A stretch of 64,000 nt of DNA, taken from NCBI GenBank assembly GCA_963677435.1, contig OY781945.1:608001-672000 (forward strand). Reading direction: 5' to 3'. Both the position numbers and the translations under genes were made by a program. Shown here piece by piece: positions 22,488-34,510 of this stretch; position 1 is the first letter of the stretch; each line of letters opens with the position of its first letter. This stretch comes from an uncultured Aliarcobacter sp. Lineage in GTDB: Bacteria; Campylobacterota; Campylobacteria; Campylobacterales; Arcobacteraceae. The notes beneath the pieces are model-generated. The model saw nothing but the letters and a program-made list of their open reading frames with translations. It searched no databases and was not told the DNA's origin.

Positions 22488-25055
22488 TTACAAATTTTCT
22501 TTTGCATAAGTTAAAGCAGCAACTTTTGCTTCTTCAACTTTTGTTACATCTTTTCCCCCAGCTTGAGCGAAGTCAGGTCTTCCACCTCCGCCACCACCAA
22601 CGATTGGTGCAATATTTTTAATCCACTCACCAGCTTTAATATTTGTATTTTTACTTCCAGCAACTATTAATACTTTATCATCTTTTGCTTGAAGTAATAA
22701 AACTGCAAGTTTTTCATTTGCATTTTTTAAATCATCAACTATTTTCTTTAAATCACCATTTTCTACAACTGCAACTACAACTTTTGTATCCCCAATAAGT
22801 TCTTCACTAATTGGTGCAGCTGTTTGACTAAGTGCAGTTTCAACTTCTTTTTTTAGATCTTTAATTTGGTCTTTTAATTTTTTAATTCCTAAAATCACAT
22901 CATTGTTTTTAATTTCAGCTTTAATATCATTCATTGTTGAAATAATCTCTTTAGTATAAGCAATAGCAGAAGTTCCACAAACAGCTTCTATTCTTCTTAC
23001 ACCTGCACTTACACCTGATTCTTTAACAATATAAAAACTTCCAATATCAGCTGTGTTTTTTACATGAGTTCCACCACAAAATTCAACTGAAACATCACTA
23101 AAACTTACAACTCTTACCATATCACCATATTTTTCTCCAAACATAGCAATAGCACCTTTGTTTTTAGCTTGGTCTATTGGTAGCTCTTCAATATTTCCAG
23201 CAATTCCTCTTGAAATCATTGTATTTACTAAATCTTCAACTTCATCAATTTGTTCAGTTGTCATAGCTTTTGGATATGTAAAGTCAAATCTTAATCTTGA
23301 AGAATCATTTAAAGAGCCAGCTTGAGATACACTATCTCCTAAAACCATTTTTAAAGCTGATTGTAAAAGATGTGTTGCACTGTGATGTTTTGCGATTTCA
23401 TATCTATTTACAACAACTGCATCAACAAATTCACCTTGTTTAATTGTAGAATTTGCAACTTTTACTTTTGAAAGATTTAATCCATGAAATTTTGAAGTCT
23501 CTTCAATAATAGCAATATGCCTATTATCTTCTAAAGCTCCAATATCTCCACTTTGTCCACCACTTGTTGCATAAAATGGAGTTTTATCTAACATAACCCA
23601 ACCAATAGAATTTTCATCTAAAGATTGAACCTCTTTGAAGTTTTCATCTAATAGTGCAACAATTTTTGATTTATATGTAACATTGTCATAACCAACAAAT
23701 TCATTTATTCCATATTTTTCAATTAATTGTTTGAAATCACCCTCATTAGAAGAATCTCCACTCCCTTTCCATGCAGCTTTTGCCATAGCTTTTTGAGCAT
23801 TCATTAATTCATCAAATTTTGCTAAGTCAACTTTTAAATCTCTATCTCTTAACATATCTTCTGTTAAATCTAAAGGGAATCCATAAGTATCATAAAGTTT
23901 AAATGCTATTTCACCAGAGAAAACTTCTTTTGTATTTGCTAATTCTTCATTGAACAATGACATACCTAAATCAATAGTTTTAAAGAATCTATCTTCTTCA
24001 AGTGTTAATTGCTCTTTTATGAAATTTTTATTTTCAACAAGTTCAGAATAGTGTCCACCCATAATATTAATAAGTGTATCAAGAAGTTTTGCCATAAATG
24101 GTTTTCTAAAGCCAATTAAATATCCATGTCTAACTGCTCGTCTTAGAATTCTTCTTAATACATAAGGTCTTCCCTCATTACCAAATAAAATTCCTTGTGA
24201 TAACATAAATGATGTAGCTCTTAAGTGGTCGGCAATTACTCTATATGAACCAATATTCTCACTAGTTGCTTTTTTATCTGCTAACTCTTCAATTTTTTCA
24301 ATGATTGGTTTGAAATTTGATGAATCAAAGTTATTTAAAACACCTTCTTTAATTGCAATAACTCTTTCAAGTCCCATTCCTGTATCAATAGATGGTTTTG
24401 GTAATGGATTTAATTTTCCATCGGCTGTTCTTTCATATTGCATGAAAACTAAGTTCCAGATTTCTAGGAATCTATCACCATCTCCACCCATTTTATCTTC
24501 AGGCCCATTGAAATGTTCTTCACCTTGGTCATAGAAAATTTCACTACAAGGTCCACAAGCTCCTGTGTCTCCCATAGCCCAGAAATTATCTTTATCTCCA
24601 AATTTTATAATTCTTGAAGTATTGATATATTTTGACCAAATATTAAGTGCTTCATCATCATTTTCATGAACTGTTACCCATAATTTATCAATTGGTAAAG
24701 CTAAATTTACAGTTATAAATTCCCATGCATAAGCAATAGCATCTTCTTTAAAATAATCTCCGAATGAGAAATTACCTAACATTTCAAATAGTGTATGATG
24801 TCGTGCTGTATATCCAACATTTTCTAAATCGTTGTGTTTTCCACCAGCTCTTACACACAATTGACATGATGTAGCTGTTGGGTTTTTAGGTCTAGGAATT
24901 GCACCTGTAAAAATGTCTTTAAATTGAACCATACCTGCATTTGTAAACATTAATGTAGGATCATCTGGAACTAGTGGCATTGATGATATTACATCATGTC
25001 CTTTGTTTTTAAAAAACTCTAAATATTCTTTTCTGATATCCATAAATTTATCCAT
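22488..25055 (-). CDS. alaS: Alanine--tRNA ligase
   Basis: [55 protein letters not shown]. Confidence 0.98.
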   Translation of the reverse strand: MDKFMDIRKEYLEFFKNKGHDVISSMPLVPDDPTLMFTNAGMVQFKDIFTGAIPRPKNPTATSCQLCVRAGGKHNDLENVGYTARHHTLFEMLGNFSFGDYFKEDAIAYAWEFITVNLALPIDKLWVTVHENDDEALNIWSKYINTSRIIKFGDKDNFWAMGDTGACGPCSEIFYDQGEEHFNGPEDKMGGDGDRFLEIWNLVFMQYERTADGKLNPLPKPSIDTGMGLERVIAIKEGVLNNFDSSNFKPIIEKIEELADKKATSENIGSYRVIADHLRATSFMLSQGILFGNEGRPYVLRRILRRAVRHGYLIGFRKPFMAKLLDTLINIMGGHYSELVENKNFIKEQLTLEEDRFFKTIDLGMSLFNEELANTKEVFSGEIAFKLYDTYGFPLDLTEDMLRDRDLKVDLAKFDELMNAQKAMAKAAWKGSGDSSNEGDFKQLIEKYGINEFVGYDNVTYKSKIVALLDENFKEVQSLDENSIGWVMLDKTPFYATSGGQSGDIGALEDNRHIAIIEETSKFHGLNLSKVKVANSTIKQGEFVDAVVVNRYEIAKHHSATHLLQSALKMVLGDSVSQAGSLNDSSRLRFDFTYPKAMTTEQIDEVEDLVNTMISRGIAGNIEELPIDQAKNKGAIAMFGEKYGDMVRVVSFSDVSVEFCGGTHVKNTADIGSFYIVKESGVSAGVRRIEAVCGTSAIAYTKEIISTMNDIKAEIKNNDVILGIKKLKDQIKDLKKEVETALSQTAAPISEELIGDTKVVVAVVENGDLKKIVDDLKNANEKLAVLLLQAKDDKVLIVAGSKNTNIKAGEWIKNIAPIVGGGGGGRPDFAQAGGKDVTKVEEAKVAALTYAKENL

Positions 25056-25131
25056 TTAAATTAAATTCTCTTATTTTAACTAAAAAATTATTTAGCCTTC
25101 ATTAGTAAAACTTAAATAATGTAAAACAAAA

Positions 25132-25154
25132 TTTAAGTTTTCACAAGTTATAAT
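25132..25154 (+). promoter_or_regulatory. Probable sigma70 promoter of trxA
   Basis: TTTAAGT...gtTATAAT arrangement typical of Campylobacterota housekeeping promoters. Confidence 0.5.
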
Positions 25155-25226
25155 GATTAAGTTTAATTTATAAGATAAACATGTTAGATAGAATGAAATT
25201 AAAAATTTAATAATTAAGGAAATAAA

Positions 25227-25544
25227 ATGGGAAAATATATTGAATTAACTCCTGCAAATTTTGAAGAAGTTACAAAAGAGGGTGTATCTATGGTAGATTT
25301 CTGGGCTCCTTGGTGTGGACCTTGTAGAATGATTGCTCCAGTAATTGAAGAATTAGCTGCTGACTTTGAAGGTAAAGCTAATATTTGTAAAGTTAACACT
25401 GATGAAGAACAAGATTTAGCAGTTAAATATGGAATTAGATCAATTCCTACTATTTTATTTATGAAAAATGGTGAAGTTGTTGAAACTATGGTAGGTGCTT
25501 CTTCTAAACAAGCATTTACTGATAAAATTAACTCATTATTATAA
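25227..25544 (+). CDS. trxA: Thioredoxin
   Basis: WCGPC active site. Confidence 0.98.
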   Translation: MGKYIELTPANFEEVTKEGVSMVDFWAPWCGPCRMIAPVIEELAADFEGKANICKVNTDEEQDLAVKYGIRSIPTILFMKNGEVVETMVGASSKQAFTDKINSLL

Positions 25545-25562
25545 TATATACAATAATTAATC

Positions 25563-25596
25563 AAAAAGGGAGAAGTGAAAACTTCTCCCTTTTTTT
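25563..25596 (+). terminator. Rho-independent terminator after trxA
   Basis: aaaaagggagaagt-gaaa-acttctccctttttt. Confidence 0.9.
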
Positions 25597-25761
25597 ATTC
25601 TTAAAAATTATTTTAGTAATTTAAGATGAATATAAATTATTATTGGATAAAATTTATCCTTGATATTTAGTATTTGTTTAACCTATAACTTACAAATGTT
25701 TTTGTATTATTAGAGCTTCAAAAAATACTATAGATTATTTAATATAAAATAAGGATTTAAC

Positions 25762-26691
25762 ATGTTAGATTTAGCAATAATTGGTGGAGGACCTGCAGGA
25801 TTAACAGCTGGTTTGTATGCAACAAGAGGTGGATTAAAAAATGTAGTTATGTTTGAAATGGGAATGCCAGGCGGACAAATTACAAGTTCATCAGAAATTG
25901 AAAACTATCCAGGACAATCAGAAATTGTTTCAGGTATGGATTTAATGGCAAATTGGCCTGAACAGTGTCAAAGATTTGGTTTAAAACATGAAATGGCACA
26001 AATTGATAGAGTTACAAAAAACGGTGATGTTTTTACTTTAACTACAAATGATAAAAAAGAATTCCAAGCAAAAACAGTTTTAATCGCAACTGGTTCTGTT
26101 CCTAGAAGAGCTGGATTTAAAGGTGAAAATGAATTTTTTGGTAAAGGTGTTTCTACTTGTGCAACTTGTGATGGATTTTTCTATAGAGGAAAAGAAGTTA
26201 CAGTTGTAGGTGGTGGAGATTCTGCTATTGAAGAAGCTGTTTATTTATCAAAAATGTGTTCAAAAGTTTATTTAGTTCATAGACGAGATACATATAGAGC
26301 AGCTCCAAGTACAATTGAACATATGAAACATGCTGGAAATATTGAAGAAGTTACAAATGTTACTGTTGAAGAAGTTTATGGAGACATGAGTGGAGTTCAA
26401 GGTATCAAAGTTAAACATAGAGAAACTGGTGAAGTAAGAGATTTAGCAACTCCAGGTGTATTTATTTTTGTTGGTCGTGATGTATTAAATGCTCCATTAA
26501 AACAAGAAGATGGTAGTTTCCTTTGTAATTTAAATGAAGCTGGTGAAGTTATTGTTGATTTAAGAATGAGAACATCAGTTCCTGGTCTTTATGCTGCTGG
26601 TGATATTAGAATTGATGCACCAAAACAAGTAGTTTGTGCAGCAGGTGATGGTGCAACTGCTGCTGTTAATATTATTGAATATATAGGATAA
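25762..26691 (+). CDS. trxB: Thioredoxin reductase
   Basis: GGGPAG, CATCDG, GGGDSA, AAGD. Confidence 0.97.
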   Translation: MLDLAIIGGGPAGLTAGLYATRGGLKNVVMFEMGMPGGQITSSSEIENYPGQSEIVSGMDLMANWPEQCQRFGLKHEMAQIDRVTKNGDVFTLTTNDKKEFQAKTVLIATGSVPRRAGFKGENEFFGKGVSTCATCDGFFYRGKEVTVVGGGDSAIEEAVYLSKMCSKVYLVHRRDTYRAAPSTIEHMKHAGNIEEVTNVTVEEVYGDMSGVQGIKVKHRETGEVRDLATPGVFIFVGRDVLNAPLKQEDGSFLCNLNEAGEVIVDLRMRTSVPGLYAAGDIRIDAPKQVVCAAGDGATAAVNIIEYIG

Positions 26692-26703
26692 GGAAGTTTT
26701 TAA

Positions 26704-27477
26704 ATGATTAAAATAGGTATTTTAGGTAGTACAGGAAGGGTTGGTTCTCTTTTAATTGATGATCTAACAAATGATAGCCAAGCAAGAGTGTCAGCAGTAT
26801 ATGTAAAAGATAAATTAGTTAAAAATTTACCTGCTGATACAATTGTAACAAATGATATGAAAGTATTATTTGATTCATCAGATGTAATTATTGATTTTAG
26901 TGCACCAGCTGCAACTGAAGCTCTTCTAACTGAAGTTGTTGAAAATAAAGCGAATAAACCGCTTGTTATTGCAACTACTGGATTTAGTAAACATCAGCAA
27001 AATTTATTGTTTGAAGCTAGCAAAATCGTACCTATTTTATATGCAACAAATATGAGTTTAGGTGTTGCTGTTTTAAATAAATTAGTAACACTTGCTTCTA
27101 AAACTTTAAGAGATTTTGATATTGAAATAGTTGAGCAACATCATAGAAATAAAGTAGACTCTCCTTCTGGAACAGCTTTGACACTTGCAGAACATGCTGC
27201 AAATGCAAGAGATTTAGATTTAGATGATGTAAGAATCTCTGGAAGAGATGGAAATATTGGAGCTAGGACTAAAGATGAAATAGCTGTAATGGCTTTAAGA
27301 GGTGGAGATATCGTAGGTCGTCATACGGTTGGATTATATAATGATGGCGAATTTTTGGAATTAAATCATACGGCAACTGCTAGAAATACTTTTTCAAAGG
27401 GTGCAATTAAAGTTGCAAAATGGATTATTGGAAAAGAAGCTAAACTATACTCAATCAATGACGCTTTAGGTCTATAA
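26704..27477 (+). CDS. dapB: 4-hydroxy-tetrahydrodipicolinate reductase
   Basis: [15 protein letters not shown]. Confidence 0.96.
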   Translation: MIKIGILGSTGRVGSLLIDDLTNDSQARVSAVYVKDKLVKNLPADTIVTNDMKVLFDSSDVIIDFSAPAATEALLTEVVENKANKPLVIATTGFSKHQQNLLFEASKIVPILYATNMSLGVAVLNKLVTLASKTLRDFDIEIVEQHHRNKVDSPSGTALTLAEHAANARDLDLDDVRISGRDGNIGARTKDEIAVMALRGGDIVGRHTVGLYNDGEFLELNHTATARNTFSKGAIKVAKWIIGKEAKLYSINDALGL

Positions 27478-27489
27478 GGAAAATTAAAT

Positions 27490-28836
27490 ATGTGCGCAAT
27501 AGTTGGAATTTACGGGAATAATAATGCTGCAAGACTAGCCTCAGTTGCTTTGTTTGCAATGCAACACAGAGGTCAAGAAGCTACAGGTATCTCATCATCA
27601 TGTGATGGAAAAATCTATACAAAAAAAGATAGAGGATTAGTTTCAGAAGTATTTACTGATGATGCATTAAAATATCTAAAAGGTAATATGGCAATAGGTC
27701 ATAATAGATATTCAACAGCTGGTGGAGACTCAATATTAGATGCACAACCTGTTTATGCTAAGTATAAACTTGGTGAAATTTCAATTGTTCATAATGGAAA
27801 TTTAATCAATAAAGATGAAGTTAGACAAGATTTAATTGATAAAGGTGCAATTTTCCAAACAGGAATGGATACTGAAAATTTAATTCATCTAATTGCTAAA
27901 AATACAAAAGATAGATTAAGAGACAGAATTAAAGAAGCATTAACAAAAACTATTGGTGCATATTGTTTTATCGTTCAAAGTAGATCAAAACAGTTTGTTA
28001 TTAGGGATAGGTATGGAATTAGACCATTATCACTTGGTAAATTAAAAAGTGGTGGATATATAGTTGCTAGTGAAACATGTGCTTTTGATTTAGTTGATGC
28101 TGAATTTATAAGGGATATTAAACCAGGTGAGATGTTAATTTTTAGTGAAAATCAAGAACCAGAATCAATTCAATTATTTGAATCTAAATATAGACCATGT
28201 GCATTTGAATATGTATATTTTGCTAGACCAGATTCTGTAATTGATGGTAAAAGTGTATATAGAGCAAGAGAAGATATGGGGAAAATTTTAGCAAAAAATG
28301 ATGAAAAATCTCATATAAAAGTTGACATGGTTATTCCAGTACCAGATTCTGGAGTTCCAGCAGCTCTTGGTTATGCTGCACAAAGTGGAATCCCTTTTGA
28401 GTTAGGAATTATTAGAAACCATTATATAGGAAGAACATTTATTGAACCAACTCAAGAGATGAGAGATTTAAAAGTTAAAATGAAATTAAGTCCTATGAAA
28501 TCTCTAATTGCAGGAAAATCTCTATTAGTTATTGATGATTCAATTGTAAGAGGGACTACTTCAAAAAGAATTGTAAAAATATTAAAAGAAGCAGGTGCTA
28601 AAGAAGTACACTTTAGAGTTGCAAGTCCAGAAATTAAATTTCCGTGTTATTATGGAATAGATACACCTCATAAAGAAGAGTTAATCTCTAATAATATGAG
28701 TAAAGAAGAAGTTTGTAAATATATTGAAGCAGATAGTTTAGAATATCTATCAGTTGAAGATCTAGTAAATGCTATTGGAAATGATAGAAATTATGCCCTA
28801 GAGAGTTTTGATGGGGACTATTTCGTAAAAGAGTAG
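27490..28836 (+). CDS. purF: Amidophosphoribosyltransferase
   Basis: N-terminal Cys, QHRGQE, GHNRYST, IDDSIVRGTT. Confidence 0.97.
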   Translation: MCAIVGIYGNNNAARLASVALFAMQHRGQEATGISSSCDGKIYTKKDRGLVSEVFTDDALKYLKGNMAIGHNRYSTAGGDSILDAQPVYAKYKLGEISIVHNGNLINKDEVRQDLIDKGAIFQTGMDTENLIHLIAKNTKDRLRDRIKEALTKTIGAYCFIVQSRSKQFVIRDRYGIRPLSLGKLKSGGYIVASETCAFDLVDAEFIRDIKPGEMLIFSENQEPESIQLFESKYRPCAFEYVYFARPDSVIDGKSVYRAREDMGKILAKNDEKSHIKVDMVIPVPDSGVPAALGYAAQSGIPFELGIIRNHYIGRTFIEPTQEMRDLKVKMKLSPMKSLIAGKSLLVIDDSIVRGTTSKRIVKILKEAGAKEVHFRVASPEIKFPCYYGIDTPHKEELISNNMSKEEVCKYIEADSLEYLSVEDLVNAIGNDRNYALESFDGDYFVKE

Positions 28837-28837
28837 A

Positions 28838-29800
28838 ATGAGTGAATTAAAAAATATATTAACTATCGGAAGATATTTAAAAAATAAATTTGGTGAAAAA
28901 GTTTATAAAGTTCCTATTTCAATATCTGGTTTTACTTGCCCAAATATTGATGGAACTGTGGCAAAAGGAGGATGTTCATTTTGTGAAAATGACTCCTTTT
29001 CCCCAAATTTGCAAGAAAAAAAAACTAAGTTTAAGTTAAATCCAAGAATCAATGAAAATCCTTATTTAGATAATCAATTAAAACAATTAGAGATGCAGTT
29101 TAATGCAACAAAACAAAGATTACAAAATAAATTTGGAACTAAAAAATTTTTAGTTTATTTTCAATCTTTTACTAATACTTATGCTCCAATTGCTACTTTA
29201 AAAGCTTTATATGAAAAAGCATTAAGTTTTGATAATGTAATTGGACTAAGTATTGGTACAAGAACAGATTGTGTTACAGATGAAATATTAGATTATTTAG
29301 TTGGTTTATCAAAAGATAAAGAGATATGGATAGAGTTTGGAATTCAATCTTTTTATGATGAGACACTAGTTAACATTAATCGTGGTGACACTGCTGATAA
29401 TATGAGATATTGGATTAAAAGAAGTAAAGAAAAAGGTTTAAATGTTTGTGGACATTTAATTTATGGTTTGCCAAATGAAACACAAGAAATGATGCTTGAA
29501 ACATTTAGACAAACTGTTGAGTTAAAAGTTGATTCTATTAAATTTCATCCTTTGTATGTAGTGAAAAATACACTTTTAACAAATGAATTCAGAAAGGGTA
29601 GATTCACTCCAATTAGTGAAGAACTTTATATTGATACAGTTGTTAAATCAATCAAAAGCTTACCTGAGAATATTTCTATTCAAAGAATAACTGCTGGAAT
29701 TAATGATAGTACACTTTTATCACCTGATTGGTGTAGAGATAAACATACTCAAATGAAAAATATTAGATTATCTTTAGAAAAAGAGGGATTTAATTACTAA
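28838..29800 (+). CDS. TIGR01212/YhcC-family radical SAM protein
   Basis: GFTCPNIDG...GGCSFC, YFQSFTNTY. Confidence 0.9.
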   Translation: MSELKNILTIGRYLKNKFGEKVYKVPISISGFTCPNIDGTVAKGGCSFCENDSFSPNLQEKKTKFKLNPRINENPYLDNQLKQLEMQFNATKQRLQNKFGTKKFLVYFQSFTNTYAPIATLKALYEKALSFDNVIGLSIGTRTDCVTDEILDYLVGLSKDKEIWIEFGIQSFYDETLVNINRGDTADNMRYWIKRSKEKGLNVCGHLIYGLPNETQEMMLETFRQTVELKVDSIKFHPLYVVKNTLLTNEFRKGRFTPISEELYIDTVVKSIKSLPENISIQRITAGINDSTLLSPDWCRDKHTQMKNIRLSLEKEGFNY

Positions 29801-29810
29801 AAAGTAAGAG

Positions 29811-29830
29811 TTAGAGTTTTAAAACTCTAA
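29811..29830. terminator. Bidirectional terminator-like palindrome between convergent genes
   Basis: Perfect palindrome ttagagttttaaaactctaa. Confidence 0.6.
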
Positions 29831-29833
29831 TCT

Positions 29834-31357
29834 TTACTTTTTTAATTCTACTTCATAAATATCAGTCCTTCTATCTTTTAAATTAGTTACACTTCCTAAG
29901 CTATGTAGTTCTTTTAATAATTCTAAATCAACATCAGCCACTAAAATCATTTCAGTATTTGGAGTTGATTCTGCTTTTATTCCATTTGGTGGGAATGCAA
30001 AATCGCAAGGTGTAAATACAGCTGATTGAGCATATTGAATATCCATATTTGCAACTTTAGGAAGATTACCTACACAACCAGCAATTGCAACATAACATTC
30101 ATTTTCTACAGCTCTAGCTTGTCCACAAATTTTTACTCTTGAATATCCATTTTGAGTATCAGTTAAAAATGGAATAAATAAGATATCCATTCCTTCTTTT
30201 GCTAATATTCTTCCTAATTCTGGGAATTCACTATCATAACAGATTAAAACACCAATTTTCCCGCAATCTGTATCAAATGTTTTTATTTCATTTGAACCTT
30301 TTAATCCCCAAACTTTTTTCTCATCAGGAGTAACATGTATTTTTGCGTATTTTTCAATTGAACCATCTCTTTTACAAACAAAACCAACATTATACAAGTC
30401 ACCGTCAACTAATTCAGGCATACTTCCTGTAATAATATTAATATTATAAGCAATAGCAAGTCTTGAAAACTCTTCTTTAAATTTTGGTGTAAATTTAGCT
30501 AATTCTCTTATTGCTTCAGCTTCTCCTAAATGATTAAATGCAGCCATTAATGGAGCATTAAAAAACTCTGGAAATAAAGCAAAATCACTTCTATAATTTG
30601 ATACGGCATCAACAAAATATTCAGCTTGTTCTAATACTTCTTCAATATTTTTATATGGTCTTACTTGCCATTGAATAAGTCCTAATCTAATAACAGTTTT
30701 TTGTGACATTGGCTTTATAGATGGTTTTGCATAATAGATATTATCCCATGCTAATAAAGAAGCATATTCACAACTCTCTATATCACCCTCAAGGTAATTT
30801 TTTAAAACCCTTTTTACATAAAAATCATTTGAAAGTTGAAAGTTTAAAACTGGATCATAAATTTCTCTTTCTCTAACTTTTGAAATATACTCTTTGGGAG
30901 TTAAAGTTTCTGAATACTTTTTGTAGTTTGGAAGCCTTCCTCCAAAAATAATTCCTTTTAAATTTAATTCTTCACAAAGTTCTTGTCTAAATTCATAAAG
31001 TCTTCTTCCTAATCTTAATCCTCTATACTTTTTACTAACAAAAACATCAACTCCATAAAGAGTATCTCCATTGTCATCGTGGGTATTAAAAGTATAATTT
31101 CCTGTAATTTCTTTATATGTATGAGAATCATCAAACTTATTATAATCAACAACAATACTAAGTGCAAAACCTGCTAATACTCCATCAATTTTAATGGCAA
31201 CTTGCCCTCTAGGAAATTTTTTTAATAATGTTGAATATTCATCAAATGACCAACTCGAATCTTCTAAGTCTTTGTATTCATCATTCATTAACGAAACTAT
31301 GCTTTTGTGGTCTTCTATTTGAAGATATGTGAGTTCTATTTTATCTATTGAATCCAT
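29834..31357 (-). CDS. GNAT N-acetyltransferase / carbon-nitrogen hydrolase fusion
   Basis: N-terminal YRGLRLGRRL acetyl-CoA motif; C-terminal FPEFF, YAKIH, ICYDSEFPE triad. Confidence 0.92.
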   Translation of the reverse strand: MDSIDKIELTYLQIEDHKSIVSLMNDEYKDLEDSSWSFDEYSTLLKKFPRGQVAIKIDGVLAGFALSIVVDYNKFDDSHTYKEITGNYTFNTHDDNGDTLYGVDVFVSKKYRGLRLGRRLYEFRQELCEELNLKGIIFGGRLPNYKKYSETLTPKEYISKVREREIYDPVLNFQLSNDFYVKRVLKNYLEGDIESCEYASLLAWDNIYYAKPSIKPMSQKTVIRLGLIQWQVRPYKNIEEVLEQAEYFVDAVSNYRSDFALFPEFFNAPLMAAFNHLGEAEAIRELAKFTPKFKEEFSRLAIAYNINIITGSMPELVDGDLYNVGFVCKRDGSIEKYAKIHVTPDEKKVWGLKGSNEIKTFDTDCGKIGVLICYDSEFPELGRILAKEGMDILFIPFLTDTQNGYSRVKICGQARAVENECYVAIAGCVGNLPKVANMDIQYAQSAVFTPCDFAFPPNGIKAESTPNTEMILVADVDLELLKELHSLGSVTNLKDRRTDIYEVELKK

Positions 31358-31407
31358 TTTTTACCTTTTTTTGAATTTGATTAAAAGAGAGATTTATTGA
31401 TAAAATA

Positions 31408-31431
31408 TATTAGGGAATATTTACCCTAATA
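31408..31431 (-). terminator. Hairpin after LysR gene
   Basis: tattaggg-N8-ccctaata. Confidence 0.5.
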
Positions 31432-32328
31432 CTATTTCATTTTAAGTAGATAGTCTACAACATTTTCTATAAATGCGTCATGTTTTCTATCTTTTCTATA
31501 TGCGATATATAATTTTCTTAACATTTTTTGGTTGTTAATTCTTGATTCATACAAAGCACCTGATTTTAAAAGTGATTCTATAGCATTTCTTGAAACTATA
31601 GAAACAGTAGGTGTTTGATTTTTATCTGAGTGCAAAACAGTTTGTACTATTGTTGTTGCACTTGTTACTTCACTAGTAACATTAAAAGTATCACAATCAG
31701 GAAAATTTGCTTTTTCTAGATTCTCTTTAAAAATCAGTCTTGTATTTGACTCAGGATTTCTACATACCCATTTATAAGATAATAAATCTTCTGCTTTTGC
31801 CTTTGCTGGTAATTTTTGATTAGAAAAAATTACAATTTCATCTTCCATCCATTCTCTATAAACTATATCATCATTTGGAACATAATTTTCAACTAATGCT
31901 AAGTCTATTTTTTTATCTAATAAGTCTTCGATTGCTTCATGAGAAACAGAGACATTTATTGAAACATCATTGTGAATATTCTCTTTTAAATTATTTAAAA
32001 ATCTAGGTAATATATAATTTCCTATTATAAAAGATGCTCCAAATACAAAGGTTACATTTTTATTCATAATTTTTAATAATTCTTTTTCACCATTTGCAAC
32101 ACATTTTTCAATTTTTAAAGCTATAGCGTGAAGCATTTGTCCTTCTTTGGTAAGTCTGATACCATTTTTCTTTCGGTCAACTACTTGAACATCTAAATAA
32201 TCTTCAATAAATTTCATTTGTTGTGTAACAGCAGGTTGCGAAATGCCAAGTTTTGCTGAAGCTTTTGAAAAAGATTTTTCTCTTACAACAGTAAGAAAAG
32301 TTTCTAATTTTGCAAAATCAGTAAGCAT
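31432..32328 (-). CDS. LysR family transcriptional regulator (start probably 32328 rather than 32340)
   Basis: SFSKASAKLGISQPAVT HTH; GGAGGT RBS just before the MLTDF ATG; TTAT-N7-ATAA box at 32349-32363. Confidence 0.92.
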   Translation of the reverse strand: MLTDFAKLETFLTVVREKSFSKASAKLGISQPAVTQQMKFIEDYLDVQVVDRKKNGIRLTKEGQMLHAIALKIEKCVANGEKELLKIMNKNVTFVFGASFIIGNYILPRFLNNLKENIHNDVSINVSVSHEAIEDLLDKKIDLALVENYVPNDDIVYREWMEDEIVIFSNQKLPAKAKAEDLLSYKWVCRNPESNTRLIFKENLEKANFPDCDTFNVTSEVTSATTIVQTVLHSDKNQTPTVSIVSRNAIESLLKSGALYESRINNQKMLRKLYIAYRKDRKHDAFIENVVDYLLKMK

Positions 32329-32444
32329 TATAACCTCCATAAAATAAATTATGATTATGATAACATTTATTTATATATAGAATAATTAAGAGCAATAATG
32401 AATTTATTTAATATATGATATAATAATCTAATATTGGAGAAAAA

Positions 32445-34499
32445 ATGTCTGAAAATTTATTATTATCATTAAATGAATCGCAGAAAACCGCTGCACAACA
32501 CATCGATGGCCCAATGCTAATACTTGCTGGTGCTGGTTCAGGTAAAACAAAAACTATTACAACAAGACTTGCATTTTTAATATCAATTGGTATTGATCCC
32601 AGGTCAATCCTAACCCTTACTTTCACAAATAAAGCAGCAAGTGAAATGAGAGAAAGAGCCTTCAGTATGCTTGATTCTTCGATGATAAATACTCCACCTT
32701 TATTATGTACTTTCCACAAATTTGGATTATTATTCCTGAAATTTCATATGAGTGAATTAGATAGAAAAAATAATTTTATAATAATAGATACGGATGACAA
32801 AAAAAGAATAATAAAATCTATTGATAAAGATATTACAACATCTTTATTAGCAGCAGAGATTTCAAAATATAAAAATTCACTATTGACTCCAAGTGAAGCA
32901 AAAAGTGCAGCTCAATTAAAACTTTATCAACAAATTGCAGAAGTTTACGAAAAGTATGAAGCATATTTAGAAAAAAATAACCTTGTAGATTTCGACGATT
33001 TATTATTACTTCCATATAGAATATTAAGTAAAAATGAAAAACTTGCAAATGAAATAAGTCAAAAATATCAATACATAATGGTAGATGAGTATCAAGATAC
33101 AAATGAGTTACAATATAGACTTTTAAGACTTTTATGTTCAAGTCATAACAATCTTTGTGTTGTTGGGGATGATGACCAATCTATTTATGGTTGGCGTGGA
33201 GCAACAATCAAAAATATTCTTAATTTTTCAGAACATTTTGAAGATACAAATGTTGTTAAACTTGAAGAAAATTATAGATCAACAGATACTATTTTAAATC
33301 ATGCAAATCAACTAATTGAACACAATAGAGATAGACTTGGTAAAAAATTAATAGGAACAAGACAAAAAGGCGATTCAATTAGAATTTATGAATCACAAGA
33401 TGAAAACGAAGAAACAAGAAAAATAATAGAAGATATTAAACAATTAATAGATGAAGGAACTAGTCCTAAAAATATTGCAATATTATTTAGAGTAAATGCT
33501 CTATCAAGGTCTTTAGAAGAAGGGTTTAATAAAGCTGGACTAAATTACAAATTAGTTGGTGGAATGAAATTCTACGAAAGAACTGAAATTAAAGATTTAA
33601 TTGCATATTTTAGAATTTTAACAAATGCAAATGATAACTTTTCAATCAAAAGAATAATAAACAAACCAAAAAGAGGGATAGGGAAAACTACAATTGATAA
33701 ACTTGAAGCAAAATCAATCGAAAGCGGTAAATCAATTTTTGATTTAATACAACAATTAGATGTAGATGAGATAAGCTCAATTGTAGGTAAAAAAAATGCA
33801 AGAACACTAAAAGTATTTGAAGCTTCTATTTTAGATTTAAAAGAGTTATTAGAAGAGTCAAAAATGAAATTTTTTGATACTTTTGAAGAAACATTTGATT
33901 ATAGAGCCTCATATGATAATCTTCCAGATGGATTTGAAAGACAAGCTAATATTGATGAATTTTATGGATATATTAGGGATTATTTTATTCAAAATCCACA
34001 CTTAGATTTAAAAGATTTTTTAAATGAAATTGCACTTGAAAGTGAAAAAGATGAATATAATGGTGAAGCCGTTTCAATGATGAGTATTCATGCTTCTAAA
34101 GGTTTAGAATTTAAAAAACTTTTTATTATTGGTTTTGAAGAAGGATTTTTCCCAATTGTTGGTGATGGAAGTGATTTAGAAGAAGAAAGAAGATTAGGAT
34201 ATGTGGCAATTACACGAGCTATGGATAATCTTACTTTATCATTTGTGCATTCAAGATTTTATAAAGGAAAAAGAACTACATTAATAAAAAGTAGATTTTT
34301 AAGTGAAAGCGGACTTATAAAAGGATGCTTAACTATTGAAAAACAATCGGGATTTAGAAAAGGTGATTTAGTGCAACATAAGATTTTTGGAATGGGAAGA
34401 GTTATTAAAGCTACAAATGCAGGAAAAGATTATAAATTAACAATAAATTTTGGCGGAACACATAGAGATATTTTATCTTCTTTTGTTCAAAAAGCATAA
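32445..34499 (+). CDS. uvrD: UvrD/Rep/PcrA family DNA helicase
   Basis: AGAGSGKT, VDEYQD, GDDDQSIY, HASKGLEF, EERRLGYVAITRA. Confidence 0.92.
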   Translation: MSENLLLSLNESQKTAAQHIDGPMLILAGAGSGKTKTITTRLAFLISIGIDPRSILTLTFTNKAASEMRERAFSMLDSSMINTPPLLCTFHKFGLLFLKFHMSELDRKNNFIIIDTDDKKRIIKSIDKDITTSLLAAEISKYKNSLLTPSEAKSAAQLKLYQQIAEVYEKYEAYLEKNNLVDFDDLLLLPYRILSKNEKLANEISQKYQYIMVDEYQDTNELQYRLLRLLCSSHNNLCVVGDDDQSIYGWRGATIKNILNFSEHFEDTNVVKLEENYRSTDTILNHANQLIEHNRDRLGKKLIGTRQKGDSIRIYESQDENEETRKIIEDIKQLIDEGTSPKNIAILFRVNALSRSLEEGFNKAGLNYKLVGGMKFYERTEIKDLIAYFRILTNANDNFSIKRIINKPKRGIGKTTIDKLEAKSIESGKSIFDLIQQLDVDEISSIVGKKNARTLKVFEASILDLKELLEESKMKFFDTFEETFDYRASYDNLPDGFERQANIDEFYGYIRDYFIQNPHLDLKDFLNEIALESEKDEYNGEAVSMMSIHASKGLEFKKLFIIGFEEGFFPIVGDGSDLEEERRLGYVAITRAMDNLTLSFVHSRFYKGKRTTLIKSRFLSESGLIKGCLTIEKQSGFRKGDLVQHKIFGMGRVIKATNAGKDYKLTINFGGTHRDILSSFVQKA

Positions 34500-34510
34500 A
34501 CGGAAAAACT

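Noticed and set aside
25626..25670. 14-codon ORF between trxA and trxB
   Set aside because: No RBS; expected by chance
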